A stretch of 64,000 bases of DNA, taken from Acidimicrobiales bacterium. GTDB lineage: Bacteria; Actinomycetota; Acidimicrobiia; Acidimicrobiales; Aldehydirespiratoraceae. Position 1 is the stretch's first letter; the number at the start of each line of letters is the position of its first letter. This document shows positions 28,548-37,123 of the stretch, piece by piece. Position numbers and translations under genes: made by a program. Where the stretch lies: assembly GCA_029246685.1 (NCBI GenBank), contig JAQWMR010000004.1, forward strand, positions 84,841 through 148,840, given 5' to 3'. A model generated the notes under the pieces. It did no database searches and was not told where the DNA came from. It worked only from the letters and a program-made list of their open reading frames with translations.

Positions 28548-30241
28548 CCGCGCTGGAAGTCGCGAATCACTCGTCCAGGTCGGCTACCGGTGTGCTCGCC
28601 TTGCGCGGTGACCACCTGGCCGTTGACGAGCGTGGCGGCGTAGCCGGTGGACTGCACCCGCAACCGGCCCTTCCCGTTCGGGAAATCGTGGACGTATTCG
28701 GGATACGCGAAGTCCACGGTGGCTGGGTCGAACACGTTGATGTCAGCGAAGCCGCCGACGTCCAGCGTTCCCCGATCTACGAGGCCAAGCACGTCGGCCG
28801 GCTTCTGGGTCAAGTGGTGGACGGCATCCTCGAGGCTGACCGCGCCGCGGTCGCGCATCCAGTAGGAGAGGTAATGGGTCGTGGCATCGGCATCGCAGAT
28901 CTGACCGGCGTGGGCGCCCGCGTCGCCGAGACCCGGGATGATGCCGTCGATCTGGAGGAACTCGGCCAGCGCCTCGGTGTGGCGATTGAAGAACCACACG
29001 TTGAAGAGCTCCTGGCCGTCGCTCTCGATGAGACGGTCGATGACCCATGCGGCAGGGGAGACCCCGGCGGCCGCAGCGTGAGCAGCGACCGATCGAGGTG
29101 CGTCGATGTTGTAGTCCGGGCGAGCCTCGGCCCCCATCGGATAGACGTGGTTCGCGTCGTACCAGAGCCCCTTTGCCTCGCCTTCGGCCAGCAGGTCGGC
29201 GCGGGTGGACGGGTCCTTCAGGGCCGCGACTCGTTCGGCGTGGGACGGGAGTGCCATCAGCGCGCCCCAGGCTTTACCCGCGATCGGCGGGACCTGATGA
29301 AGCCCCATCAGCATGCCGCTCGGCCGAGTCATGCAGATGCCGGAGATCCGCCCTGCAGCCATGCGGGTCTCGGTCAGGAAGCGATCCCACATCTCGACCA
29401 CGCGCATGTCGTTTCCCGAGGTGGATGTGCCGACGCCGCTGGAGAACAGCACGTCGCCAGCCCGGTCAGCCATCGCCTTCAGGAGCTCGAATTCGTGTCC
29501 GGCCTTGGTGTCGAAGTCGAGCACGGCTTGGAACAGCCCGCCGCCGGCGTCGTTCATGCCATCGGCAATGGCGAGGTACTCGTCGATCGACGAGAAGGTG
29601 CCCGGCACGCACCGGCCGTCGGGCACCCGGTGGCCGAGCAGGCGAGACGTCGAGTAGCCGACCGCACCGCCGGCGACGGACTCGGCCGCAATGTCACGCA
29701 TCTGGCCCAACTCGTCCGGCGTGGGCTCTTGGGTCTCGCTGAGGGATCGTTCGCCCATGACGTGGTAGCGGACGGCGCAGTGGCCGACCATGCCGACCAC
29801 ATTGAGCGCCGGACCCATTCGTTCGACCGAGTCGAGATACTCCGGAAACGTCTCCCAGTCCCACGGGATGCCATCGAGGATCGCCTCACGAGGAATGTCC
29901 TCGACGCTCTCCATCATCTCCGCGAGATACGACCGATTGTCGGGAGCGACGGGCGCGAACGTGACGCCGCAATTCCCCATGAGCACCGTGGTCACGCCAT
30001 GCCACGACGACGACGTCATGAACGGATCCCAGCCGATCTGGGCATCCATGTGGGTGTGGAGGTCGACGAAGCCAGGAGTGACTGCGAGGCCGGTCGCGTC
30101 GATCTCGCTCTCGGCCGTCGCGTCGGCCAGATCGCCGATCGCGGTGACCCGGTCGCCATCGATTGCGATGTCGGCTTCCACCGCGGCGGCGCCGGTGCCG
30201 TCGTGAACGGTGCCGTTTCGAATGATCAGGTCGTGTGCCAT
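28544..30241 (-). CDS. N-acyl-D-amino-acid deacylase (D-aminoacylase) family amidohydrolase
   Basis: LIIRNGTVHDGTG, PGFVDLHTHMD, VTTVLMGNCG; 565 aa. Confidence 0.85.
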   Translation of the reverse strand: MAHDLIIRNGTVHDGTGAAAVEADIAIDGDRVTAIGDLADATAESEIDATGLAVTPGFVDLHTHMDAQIGWDPFMTSSSWHGVTTVLMGNCGVTFAPVAPDNRSYLAEMMESVEDIPREAILDGIPWDWETFPEYLDSVERMGPALNVVGMVGHCAVRYHVMGERSLSETQEPTPDELGQMRDIAAESVAGGAVGYSTSRLLGHRVPDGRCVPGTFSSIDEYLAIADGMNDAGGGLFQAVLDFDTKAGHEFELLKAMADRAGDVLFSSGVGTSTSGNDMRVVEMWDRFLTETRMAAGRISGICMTRPSGMLMGLHQVPPIAGKAWGALMALPSHAERVAALKDPSTRADLLAEGEAKGLWYDANHVYPMGAEARPDYNIDAPRSVAAHAAAAGVSPAAWVIDRLIESDGQELFNVWFFNRHTEALAEFLQIDGIIPGLGDAGAHAGQICDADATTHYLSYWMRDRGAVSLEDAVHHLTQKPADVLGLVDRGTLDVGGFADINVFDPATVDFAYPEYVHDFPNGKGRLRVQSTGYAATLVNGQVVTAQGEHTGSRPGRVIRDFQRG

Positions 30242-30251
30242 ACGTCCATCC

Positions 30252-31352
30252 TCACTCGGTCGCAGCCTCGGTCACGACGTCTTGGAGTCCTTCCCACTCG
30301 TCCCAGATGTTGCACATCGCGTGCTTCGAGCGTTCCCATGGGTCGTTTCCGGGTTCGAAGTCGAGCCACTCGCCGAGCCAACCCCGGTCGGGGTGATCGG
30401 ACATGCCGGTGACAACGACATCGGGCTGGCGCTTCTTGTTGCGGATGCGAAACACCATCGTCTTGCGCGACTCGGTGCCGTTGACGTTCATCGAGCCGGA
30501 GTGGGGGATCTGATATGTCGCGATGAGGGCGTCGCCCGGCTCCATGAAGATCGGCGTCGGGCGTGGCCAGCGGCGACCGTCGGGCGTGGTGTCGGAGGTG
30601 TCATCGATGAACTGCGCCTGGACGGTCGGCGGCACGTAGACGAGGCCACACCGGTTCGGCGCGTCGTGGTCGAGCCGGGCCCACCCGGGCCCTTCCGGGC
30701 CGAGATGGTTGTTGATCGACCGCTGCTCGCGCAGGAAGGTCTGCATCGCGTGGTGCCCGCCAGGGAAGACGTTCGTCTGTCCGTAGCCCTCCATCGTCTG
30801 GTCGCTGAGCGCGACGAAGACGAACGAGGTGAAGCTGCCGAGGGCGAGCGTCATCTCGGGGTCCTGAAAGAGCGGTGTGAAGTTGCCGCCGATCACGTCG
30901 GCGCTGCGCCCGAGATCGCCCTTCGGGCCCCTCGTCATGTAGCGGGCGTAGATCTCCTCCGGGGTGCCCTGCTGAATCTCGTGAACCTGTGGCCCGTCGA
31001 ACATCGTGAGCATGCCGTCGATGTGAATCTGCGCGTTGTAGTACGGCATGTCGCAGGTGCGGTAGCCGAACGCGTTGAACGTCTCGTCCGGCTCGCTGCG
31101 TTTGATCAGCCCCATCTGACAGGCGGACGGCGGATCGAAGTCCCCGATGGCGTCGCGCAGAATTGGCGTGAGCTCCGACTGATTGATCAGGTCGGTCATC
31201 TCGGGCTCGTAGCCCAGGTACTCGCCCTTCTCCGCACGGGCGATGCGGTCCAGCGCCGCGTCGACGATCCGAGGCGCGACCGCGGCTTTCGCGACGACAT
31301 AGCCGTCGCGGTACAAGGCCCGCTTCTCATCGAGGGTGAGCACGCGCGTCAT
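30252..31352 (-). CDS. PhyH-like Fe(II)/2-oxoglutarate dioxygenase superfamily protein
   Basis: YRDGYVV N-terminal motif, HIDG (HxD), distal IPHSGS; 366 aa. Confidence 0.65.
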   Translation of the reverse strand: MTRVLTLDEKRALYRDGYVVAKAAVAPRIVDAALDRIARAEKGEYLGYEPEMTDLINQSELTPILRDAIGDFDPPSACQMGLIKRSEPDETFNAFGYRTCDMPYYNAQIHIDGMLTMFDGPQVHEIQQGTPEEIYARYMTRGPKGDLGRSADVIGGNFTPLFQDPEMTLALGSFTSFVFVALSDQTMEGYGQTNVFPGGHHAMQTFLREQRSINNHLGPEGPGWARLDHDAPNRCGLVYVPPTVQAQFIDDTSDTTPDGRRWPRPTPIFMEPGDALIATYQIPHSGSMNVNGTESRKTMVFRIRNKKRQPDVVVTGMSDHPDRGWLGEWLDFEPGNDPWERSKHAMCNIWDEWEGLQDVVTEAATE

Positions 31353-31395
31353 CCCTTGAGGGTGCCCGAGATTGTGAGGTGCCGTCGAGTCGATG

Positions 31396-31755
31396 TCAGG
31401 AGAGCTCGAGCGTTGCGGTCGACAGCAGTCCGGACTCGGTGGAGGCGGTTGCTGTTCGCTTCCCGCCGAAGAGCCAGACCGAGACGGACGGGTCGGCCGC
31501 CGCGTTCTTCATCCACTGTGAGCCGGCCCGCACGGTGGAAACGGTCACCGTGTTGCCGACGCGTCCGGCGACAAGTGGTACCTGACGGAGCCGGCCGCTC
31601 GAGCGTCCGGTCGTCTCGAGAACCACGATGCCGAGACCGACCGGTAGCGGGTTGGCGATCCCGGCCTTCACCGCGGGCAGCACGACGCGGTTCAACGCCC
31701 GGAAGGCATCTCTGGTCGCCGTTCGGCGAAGTTCGCTGAGCTGGGGGAGTGCCAT
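31396..31755 (-). CDS. Nitroreductase-family deazaflavin (F420H2)-dependent oxidoreductase (DUF385/Ddn-like)
   Basis: TTGRSSGRLRQVPLV ... GSQWMKNAAADPSVSVW pattern; 119 aa. Confidence 0.6.
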   Translation of the reverse strand: MALPQLSELRRTATRDAFRALNRVVLPAVKAGIANPLPVGLGIVVLETTGRSSGRLRQVPLVAGRVGNTVTVSTVRAGSQWMKNAAADPSVSVWLFGGKRTATASTESGLLSTATLELS

Positions 31756-31802
31756 GGGATCACCTCTGCGCCAACGCTACCGGCGCGAGCCAGGGCCGAG
31801 GC

Positions 31803-32048
31803 CTACTCGCGAGGGTCCTCGATCTCCACTGTGTTGAGCGCGGGGATATCGCCGGAGAGCATGTCGAGGGCGACGGTCTGCAGGAACGGCTTCGGCATCA
31901 CGCATTCCGCGCACTCAGCGGTGTCGAGCACCAGGCGAATCGAGATCGAGTCAGCGGTGGTGGCGACGAGTTCGACGCTGCCACCGTCGGCCTCGATGAG
32001 CTCGCGAACGGGAGCCAGAGCGGTCTCGGCGGTCGACGGGTCGATCAT
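31803..32048 (-). CDS. NifU-C-terminal-like (Nfu-type) small protein
   Basis: LIEADGGSVELV...LDTAECAEC (CxxC); 81 aa; 4-nt overlap with the upstream SDR stop. Confidence 0.6.
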   Translation of the reverse strand: MIDPSTAETALAPVRELIEADGGSVELVATTADSISIRLVLDTAECAECVMPKPFLQTVALDMLSGDIPALNTVEIEDPRE

Positions 32049-32875
32049 TGTGCGTTCGCTCCGGTCGGGGCTGACTTCAGGCCTTCGTCGTTGGCCGGTC
32101 GGCTGCGGGAGAGGAAGGCGCCCGCGTCGGTCAGGATGAACTGGCCGGTGATGCAGCGAGCGAGATCGCTGGTGAGAAAGGTGGCCAGTCGGGCCAGCTC
32201 GTCGTGCTCAACCTGGCGGCGGAGGGGAGTGGAGGCGGTGATGGCCGCGGCGCGCTCCTCGGTGAACGCCCACGCAACCGTCTCGGTCAGAGTGGTTCCC
32301 GGTGCCATCGCCAACACCCGGATGCCTTCTGGCCCGAGCTCGACCGCCATCGAGGTGATCAGATGGTTGATGGCGGCCTTCGCGGCGGCGTAGATCGAGT
32401 TGTACGGCGACGGGCGGGTGGTCTCGCCTGAGGTGACGAAGAGAATGACGCCCCCACCGGCAGAGCGCATGTGCTCGGCCTCGGCCCGTCCGCAGAGCGC
32501 AGCAAGCACGAGGTTCTGGTCGATGATGTCTCGCCAGTCGTCGCCGCGGTAGTCCACGAACGGCTTCACGCCTCGACCGGGCGGCAGCATCCCGATGTTG
32601 TTCACGGCGACGTCCAACCGGCCGAGCTGGGCGACCGCGGCGGCGACCATTGCGTCCACTGCATCGTCGTCACGGCAATCGGCGACCAGCGGGACGGCGG
32701 TGCCTCCCTCCGCTTCGATCTCGGCGACAACGGCTGCTGCCTTGTCCTCGCGGATGTCGTTCACGCCGATGGCCGCGCCCGCCCGCGCGAGCCAGAGAGC
32801 GACCTCACGGCCGATTCCCGCACCGCTCCCGGTCACGAGTGCTGCCTTTCCGGCGTGGTCGATCTCGATGGTCAT
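32045..32875 (-). CDS. SDR-family oxidoreductase
   Basis: VTGSGAGIG, NNIG, YAAAK; GGGAGG RBS inside the end of the upstream gene. Confidence 0.9.
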   Translation of the reverse strand: MTIEIDHAGKAALVTGSGAGIGREVALWLARAGAAIGVNDIREDKAAAVVAEIEAEGGTAVPLVADCRDDDAVDAMVAAAVAQLGRLDVAVNNIGMLPPGRGVKPFVDYRGDDWRDIIDQNLVLAALCGRAEAEHMRSAGGGVILFVTSGETTRPSPYNSIYAAAKAAINHLITSMAVELGPEGIRVLAMAPGTTLTETVAWAFTEERAAAITASTPLRRQVEHDELARLATFLTSDLARCITGQFILTDAGAFLSRSRPANDEGLKSAPTGANAQ

Positions 32876-32876
32876 G

Positions 32877-33395
32877 TCAGCCTCCCGTCAGCAGCGCGAG
32901 CGTCTCTTCGACCGCAGCGTCGGCCCACTCGCGAACCGTCGTTTCATCGGTGCCGCCGAGCGGGTGGTCGACCTGGACGATGCGCGCATCCGGACGGCCG
33001 AGCGACGCCGCGACCTGGTCGGTGAGCATGCGGAACTTCGTGGTGGTCAGAACGACGGTGGGCGTGCCGGCGGCTTCCAGCTGGACGAGGTCGTGGACAC
33101 TCCACGACGTGCAGCTACCTCAATCGGCCGAGCCGGTGAGAACGACGTCGACCTCCTTCTCGAGGCGGGCGATCACATCGTCCGGCGCGGCGAGAGCGGC
33201 GTTCTTCGTTTCGACCGGGCTGACCGTCGCGCCGGTGCGCTCGGCGATTCGCTCGGCAATTTGTGCGAGCAACACGCCTGCGTTGGGCTTTGTGTTGTCG
33301 AGGATGCCGATACGGGCACCGCTCATGACGGAGCGAGGGGCCGCGAGCGGTCCGGGTGCGTCGCCGATCTCTCCATCGGGTGTGTAGATGCGCAT
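32877..33395 (-). CDS. UGSC-motif protein; candidate selenoprotein with in-frame TGA (Sec) at 33122..33120
   Basis: The frame is open for 172 codons if TGA 33122..33120 is decoded: ...VVLTGSAD-U-GSCTSWSVHDLVQLEAAGTPTVVLTTT...VDHPLGGTDE.... A SECIS-like hairpin starts 11 nt downstream. Both gene ends are coupled to neighbours (TGAcATG at each end). Confidence 0.7.
33090..33108 (-). promoter_or_regulatory. SECIS-like recoding hairpin downstream of the in-frame TGA
   Basis: The mRNA reads UGA-GGUAGCUGCAC-GUCGUGGA-GUG-UCCACGAC: an 8-bp perfect stem with a G-containing apical loop (or 7 bp with an AGUGU loop). Confidence 0.55.
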
Positions 33396-33396
33396 G

Positions 33397-34440
33397 TCAG
33401 TGCTCCTCGATCGGGATCGTCACGCTCTTCGTCATGCCCCAGCTGGGCACGACACAACTGTGCTTGCCGGCGCCGCCGACCACCAGCACCTTGATGTTCT
33501 CGGGGTGCCCGGTCATCGGGACGGCGGCGTCGTCCGGCAATGCTCGCTGCCACGGTTCCCACGCGAGAAGGTTGAACGCGGCGCGCAGTTCACTGGCCGG
33601 CATGCGGGCCTTCTGGAACAGATAGGAAGCGACATCGCTTCGGGTCCAGCCGGCATCGGCGCAGGCGGCGGCGTGCTCCGGGCACAGCGCGACGAAGTAC
33701 TCGCCCTGCGCGATCGGTGCGTTGTTCTGGCCGAGCGAGGTCATCGCGGACGCGAGCTTGTCGAGGATCGCGGCTGGGTCGGCCGACTCCATGTCGTGTG
33801 CGTTGTGCGGCGCCTCGCCGCAATGAACCGTGACGGCGGACGGGGAATCGAGGCCGACGGAGCGGGCGTAGCCACCCCACGGCGACTCTGCCATGTTCTC
33901 GGCGACGCAGAACGAGTACTTCGCGGGGCCGCCCTGCGTTGACGCATCGCCTGGGCCCGGAATCGCACCGGCAATGTGAAGCAGTATGAGACGAACGGCG
34001 CGACCGGTTGTCGCGTTGGCGCGGTTGCCGGGGCCGAACGCACCGAGTCCGCTGTTGAACCCCGCCCGCTCGGCGATCTCGCCGTGCACGATGAGCAGCG
34101 GTGCGACGGGATGGGTGGTGGCGTTGACGCCGCGGAGGTTCATCTCCGGAGCGGCGAGCGCGCGTACCGCGGCGATGAGGACCGGGAGCTGCGCCGGTGC
34201 GCAACCGGCGAGGACCGCGTTGACGGCGATCATCCGTCTCGTGGCTGCACCCGAGCGCGGGGGCAGGATCGCGACTACGTCATCCGGGTCACCGGGGGCG
34301 CCGGCGAGCATCGCGTCGACGCGCGCCTCGGTGGGGGCGACCATCGGAAGGCCGTCGCCCCAACCTCGAGCGGCGTAGGCGTCCATGATCGCGATCGGGT
34401 CGTCGTCGACGTCGGTGAACGTGGCGCTGTCTGCAGACAT
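33397..34440 (-). CDS. Conserved hypothetical protein (347 aa), first gene of the operon, coupled to the UGSC gene
   Basis: ATG 34440; GWGDGLPMVAPTEARVDAML motif; no family recognised; its stop lies 1 nt before the UGSC gene's ATG. The track ORF N-extension to 34764 overlaps the TetR gene and is rejected. Confidence 0.7.
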   Translation of the reverse strand: MSADSATFTDVDDDPIAIMDAYAARGWGDGLPMVAPTEARVDAMLAGAPGDPDDVVAILPPRSGAATRRMIAVNAVLAGCAPAQLPVLIAAVRALAAPEMNLRGVNATTHPVAPLLIVHGEIAERAGFNSGLGAFGPGNRANATTGRAVRLILLHIAGAIPGPGDASTQGGPAKYSFCVAENMAESPWGGYARSVGLDSPSAVTVHCGEAPHNAHDMESADPAAILDKLASAMTSLGQNNAPIAQGEYFVALCPEHAAACADAGWTRSDVASYLFQKARMPASELRAAFNLLAWEPWQRALPDDAAVPMTGHPENIKVLVVGGAGKHSCVVPSWGMTKSVTIPIEEH

Positions 34441-34494
34441 CAGGCGTAAGTCTGATACATTTAGACACGAACGGCAACCCCTGAAGGAGTATCG
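34441..34494. promoter_or_regulatory. Divergent promoter/operator region between the TetR gene and the selenoprotein operon
   Basis: 54 nt, locally AT-rich; inverted repeat GTCT-N9-AGAC (34450-34466); GAAGGAG RBS before GTG 34495. Confidence 0.4.
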
Positions 34495-35064
34495 GTGGCT
34501 GCACGAGTCGGGATCAGCCGGCAGGACGTGGTGGAAGCGGGCGTGTCGTTGCTCGCGGAGACCGGGCCCGAGGGCCTTTCGCTCAGCGCAGTCGCCCGCC
34601 GGCTCGGTATTCGCACGCAATCGCTCTACGCCCACGTCGACGGGCTCGACGGTCTCCGTCGCTCGCTGGCGGTGCTCGGGCTTGGTCGACTGTGCGACGA
34701 CGTCACCGCTGCAGCGCTCGGCGTGGACGGACGAACCGCGATCGACCGGATCATTCGGGCTCATCTCGCCCTCGCAACCTCATCTCCGGACCTGTACGAC
34801 CTCTCGATCCACCCGCCGGGCGACGATCCCGAGTTGACCGCGGCGGTTGCTGACGCCGGCGTGCCTCTGTCGACCGTGCTCACCTGCCTGCATGTCCTCG
34901 ACGACGATGCTGTCCACTGGACCCGGCTGCTTCTGGCGAGTGTCTCTGGCTACGCCCGGCTGTGCGGCAGCGGACGGTTCGCGTTGCCAGTCGACGACGA
35001 GGGCACAGCCGAGCGGCTCGTCGAGATGCTCGTTGCCGCATTGCCGACAGCTGTACCAAGCTGA
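34495..35064 (+). CDS. TetR/AcrR-family transcriptional regulator
   Basis: N-terminal HTH: GISRQDVVEAGVSLLAETGPEGLSLSAVARRLGIRTQSLYAHV. Confidence 0.9.
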   Translation: MAARVGISRQDVVEAGVSLLAETGPEGLSLSAVARRLGIRTQSLYAHVDGLDGLRRSLAVLGLGRLCDDVTAAALGVDGRTAIDRIIRAHLALATSSPDLYDLSIHPPGDDPELTAAVADAGVPLSTVLTCLHVLDDDAVHWTRLLLASVSGYARLCGSGRFALPVDDEGTAERLVEMLVAALPTAVPS

Positions 35065-35083
35065 GGCCATAGCGAAGACGAAC

Positions 35084-35452
35084 ATGGAGCGGCTCGAGGA
35101 GATCGTGGCGGAGCTGGCCGATGCCGAGAAGGTGATCATCGAAGCGTGGGGCGACGAACCCACGTTCCGAGTGCGGAACAAGAACTTCATCTTCTGCAGT
35201 CAGGATGCGACGAGCATCTCGTTCAAGCTGCCGAAGGAGGAGACGATCGCTGTCGTTGCTTCCGACGAGAAGGCGCTCGAGTGCGGCTGCGGGCTCGGGC
35301 GTCATGGCTGGGTCAGCCTCGACCTGCCCAATCGAAGTTCGAAGGCGCGGTGGACGGAGGTCCGCGAGTGGATCCGCACGAGCTACACGATGGTGGCGCC
35401 GAAGACGCTTGCCCGCGTGGTGCTCGAAGAGGACGGGGTCAGCGCCGAGTAA
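35084..35452 (+). CDS. MmcQ/YjbR-family (DUF419) protein
   Basis: EAWGDEPTFRVRNKNFIF, GRHGWVSLDL; 122 aa from ATG 35084. Confidence 0.6.
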   Translation: MERLEEIVAELADAEKVIIEAWGDEPTFRVRNKNFIFCSQDATSISFKLPKEETIAVVASDEKALECGCGLGRHGWVSLDLPNRSSKARWTEVREWIRTSYTMVAPKTLARVVLEEDGVSAE

Positions 35453-35942
35453 GGCGATCCCACGACCCGTCGGCGTCTTGTTCCCAGAGCGTGATTTCCC
35501 AGTTGGCCTCGAGCGATGGGTCCAGGTCCGCGGCGATTCGGGCTACCTCGTCGATGTCGCCATCGCCATAGGCGATGTTCAGATGGAGCCAGTCCTTCGG
35601 CCGGAGTGGATCGTCGTCGATATCGAGCACGTGCTGTTCGACGAAGGCGGTGGTGCTGTCGAGCAGCCACGACGACGAGAGTTCGAGCCCGACCCACTCC
35701 GGTGAGAGCCGGAGCTGATCGACCGTCACGCGGCCGCTCGTCGGGCTGACTGCGGCTACTTCGTCGAGGATGCGCTCGAGGACGTTTCGCTAGCGCTGGA
35801 AGAATCCGGTCAGCGTGCAGTGAGGTGGATATGTCTGGGCCGTTGTCGGCGCTCGCTCGGCGAATTGCGCGAAAAGGCGGTCGAGTTCCTCCGCCAGCGG
35901 CCCCGTGGGCGTCGCGTAGAGGATCAGTTCCGCGCGGCTCAT
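35439..35942 (-). pseudogene. 2H-phosphoesterase-superfamily gene with an in-frame TAG, coupled to phnM-like
   Basis: MSRAELILYATP...PPHCTLTGFFQR (first HxTx motif) then TAG 35792..35790; the same frame continues RNVLERIL...DWLHLNIAYGDG (second H-x-N/S-x-like motif) to TGA 35441..35439. Its ATG overlaps the phnM-like stop (ATGA). Confidence 0.7.
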
Positions 35943-37075
35943 GGCGCCAACATTGCCACTCGACCGTCCACGATCGCGGCGCGCACACGAGCGTCGCGGC
36001 TCGCGGTCGCCGGTTCGACCACGATCAGATCGCCAAGTCGGCCGGTCTCGATCGCGCCACGATCGTCGAGCCCTGCGACCCGCGCCGGCGTGGCCGACAC
36101 CGTCGCCCAGGCCTCTGCGAGCGGCACGCCCATGTCCATCAGGACGAACGGTGCTTGCAGAAGCGAGGGGTAGTGATAGTCGGAGCAGAGGAGATCCGGA
36201 GCTCTGGCGGCCCACGCGTCGGCCACGGACAGGTTGCCGAGATGGGACCCACCCCTCACGAGGTTGGGGGCGCCGAGAAGGACTGGGATGTCGTGCGTCC
36301 GGCACTCATGAGCCAGTTCGATCGAGACCGGGAACTCGGCGAACCGGACGCCCAACCTGAGATCGCGGGCGAGATCCTCGTCATCCGCCGGGTCGTGGCA
36401 CGCTGTGGCGACGCCGGCATCGGCGGCTACCTCGGCGAGGCGGGTTTCCTGGGTCTGCCCGTCGGGGCGACGGCTGATCGCCTCGTCCTGCAGGTCCTGG
36501 AGCTCGTCTCGGCTCACGCCGGACCGCTGGACCCGCTGATCGCTGAGGCCCTTCACCAGTTTGATCCCACCGGTCGTGTGGTCGTTGTAGGAGACCATCG
36601 ACACCTTGCGAGTCGAGACCCAGGCGAGCAGCTCTTCGAAGTCGTCCGTGTTGCACGTCTCGTGCCGAACGTGGACCTCGAGCCGCGGTGGCCGGTCGAC
36701 CGAGCCGTCCGTCGCCAACTCGTCGACGAGATCACGGAGACGCTCGCGGCTACGGAGGCCGGGCTCCCAGCCGTCCGTGACCGAGAGGAACGCCGTGGTG
36801 ATCCCCTCAGCGAGGAGCTGGCCTCGAGTCTCGGCGACCGCGCGAGCGACGGGCATGAAAACCGACGGGCGGGGCATGATCGCCCGCTCGAACGCGTCGC
36901 CGTGGACGTCGATGATTCCGGGCAGGACGAGCGCCCCCGTCGCGTCGACCTCGGTGTCGCCTGTCGCAATGGGTGAGACGGAAGCGATCGTCGCGCCGTC
37001 GCACGCGACGTCGGTCCGTTCGGTGGCGCCGTCGGCGAGCAGGACGTTGCCGCCCTTGATGACCAGCCTGTTCAC
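35939..37075 (-). CDS. phnM: PhnM-like amidohydrolase (alpha-D-ribose 1-methylphosphonate 5-triphosphate diphosphatase homologue)
   Basis: 378 aa; LPGIIDVHGDAFER, SYNDHT, LGAPNLVRGGSHLGN and CSDYHYPSLLQA closely parallel my recollection of E. coli PhnM (MGAPNIVRGGSHSGN, SSDYYPASLL). Confidence 0.8.
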   Translation of the reverse strand: MNRLVIKGGNVLLADGATERTDVACDGATIASVSPIATGDTEVDATGALVLPGIIDVHGDAFERAIMPRPSVFMPVARAVAETRGQLLAEGITTAFLSVTDGWEPGLRSRERLRDLVDELATDGSVDRPPRLEVHVRHETCNTDDFEELLAWVSTRKVSMVSYNDHTTGGIKLVKGLSDQRVQRSGVSRDELQDLQDEAISRRPDGQTQETRLAEVAADAGVATACHDPADDEDLARDLRLGVRFAEFPVSIELAHECRTHDIPVLLGAPNLVRGGSHLGNLSVADAWAARAPDLLCSDYHYPSLLQAPFVLMDMGVPLAEAWATVSATPARVAGLDDRGAIETGRLGDLIVVEPATASRDARVRAAIVDGRVAMLAP

Positions 37076-37123
37076 GGCTTCAGAAACTACGCCCAGCGCC
37101 GTGGTGGCGCCCAGGGTTTTTGG

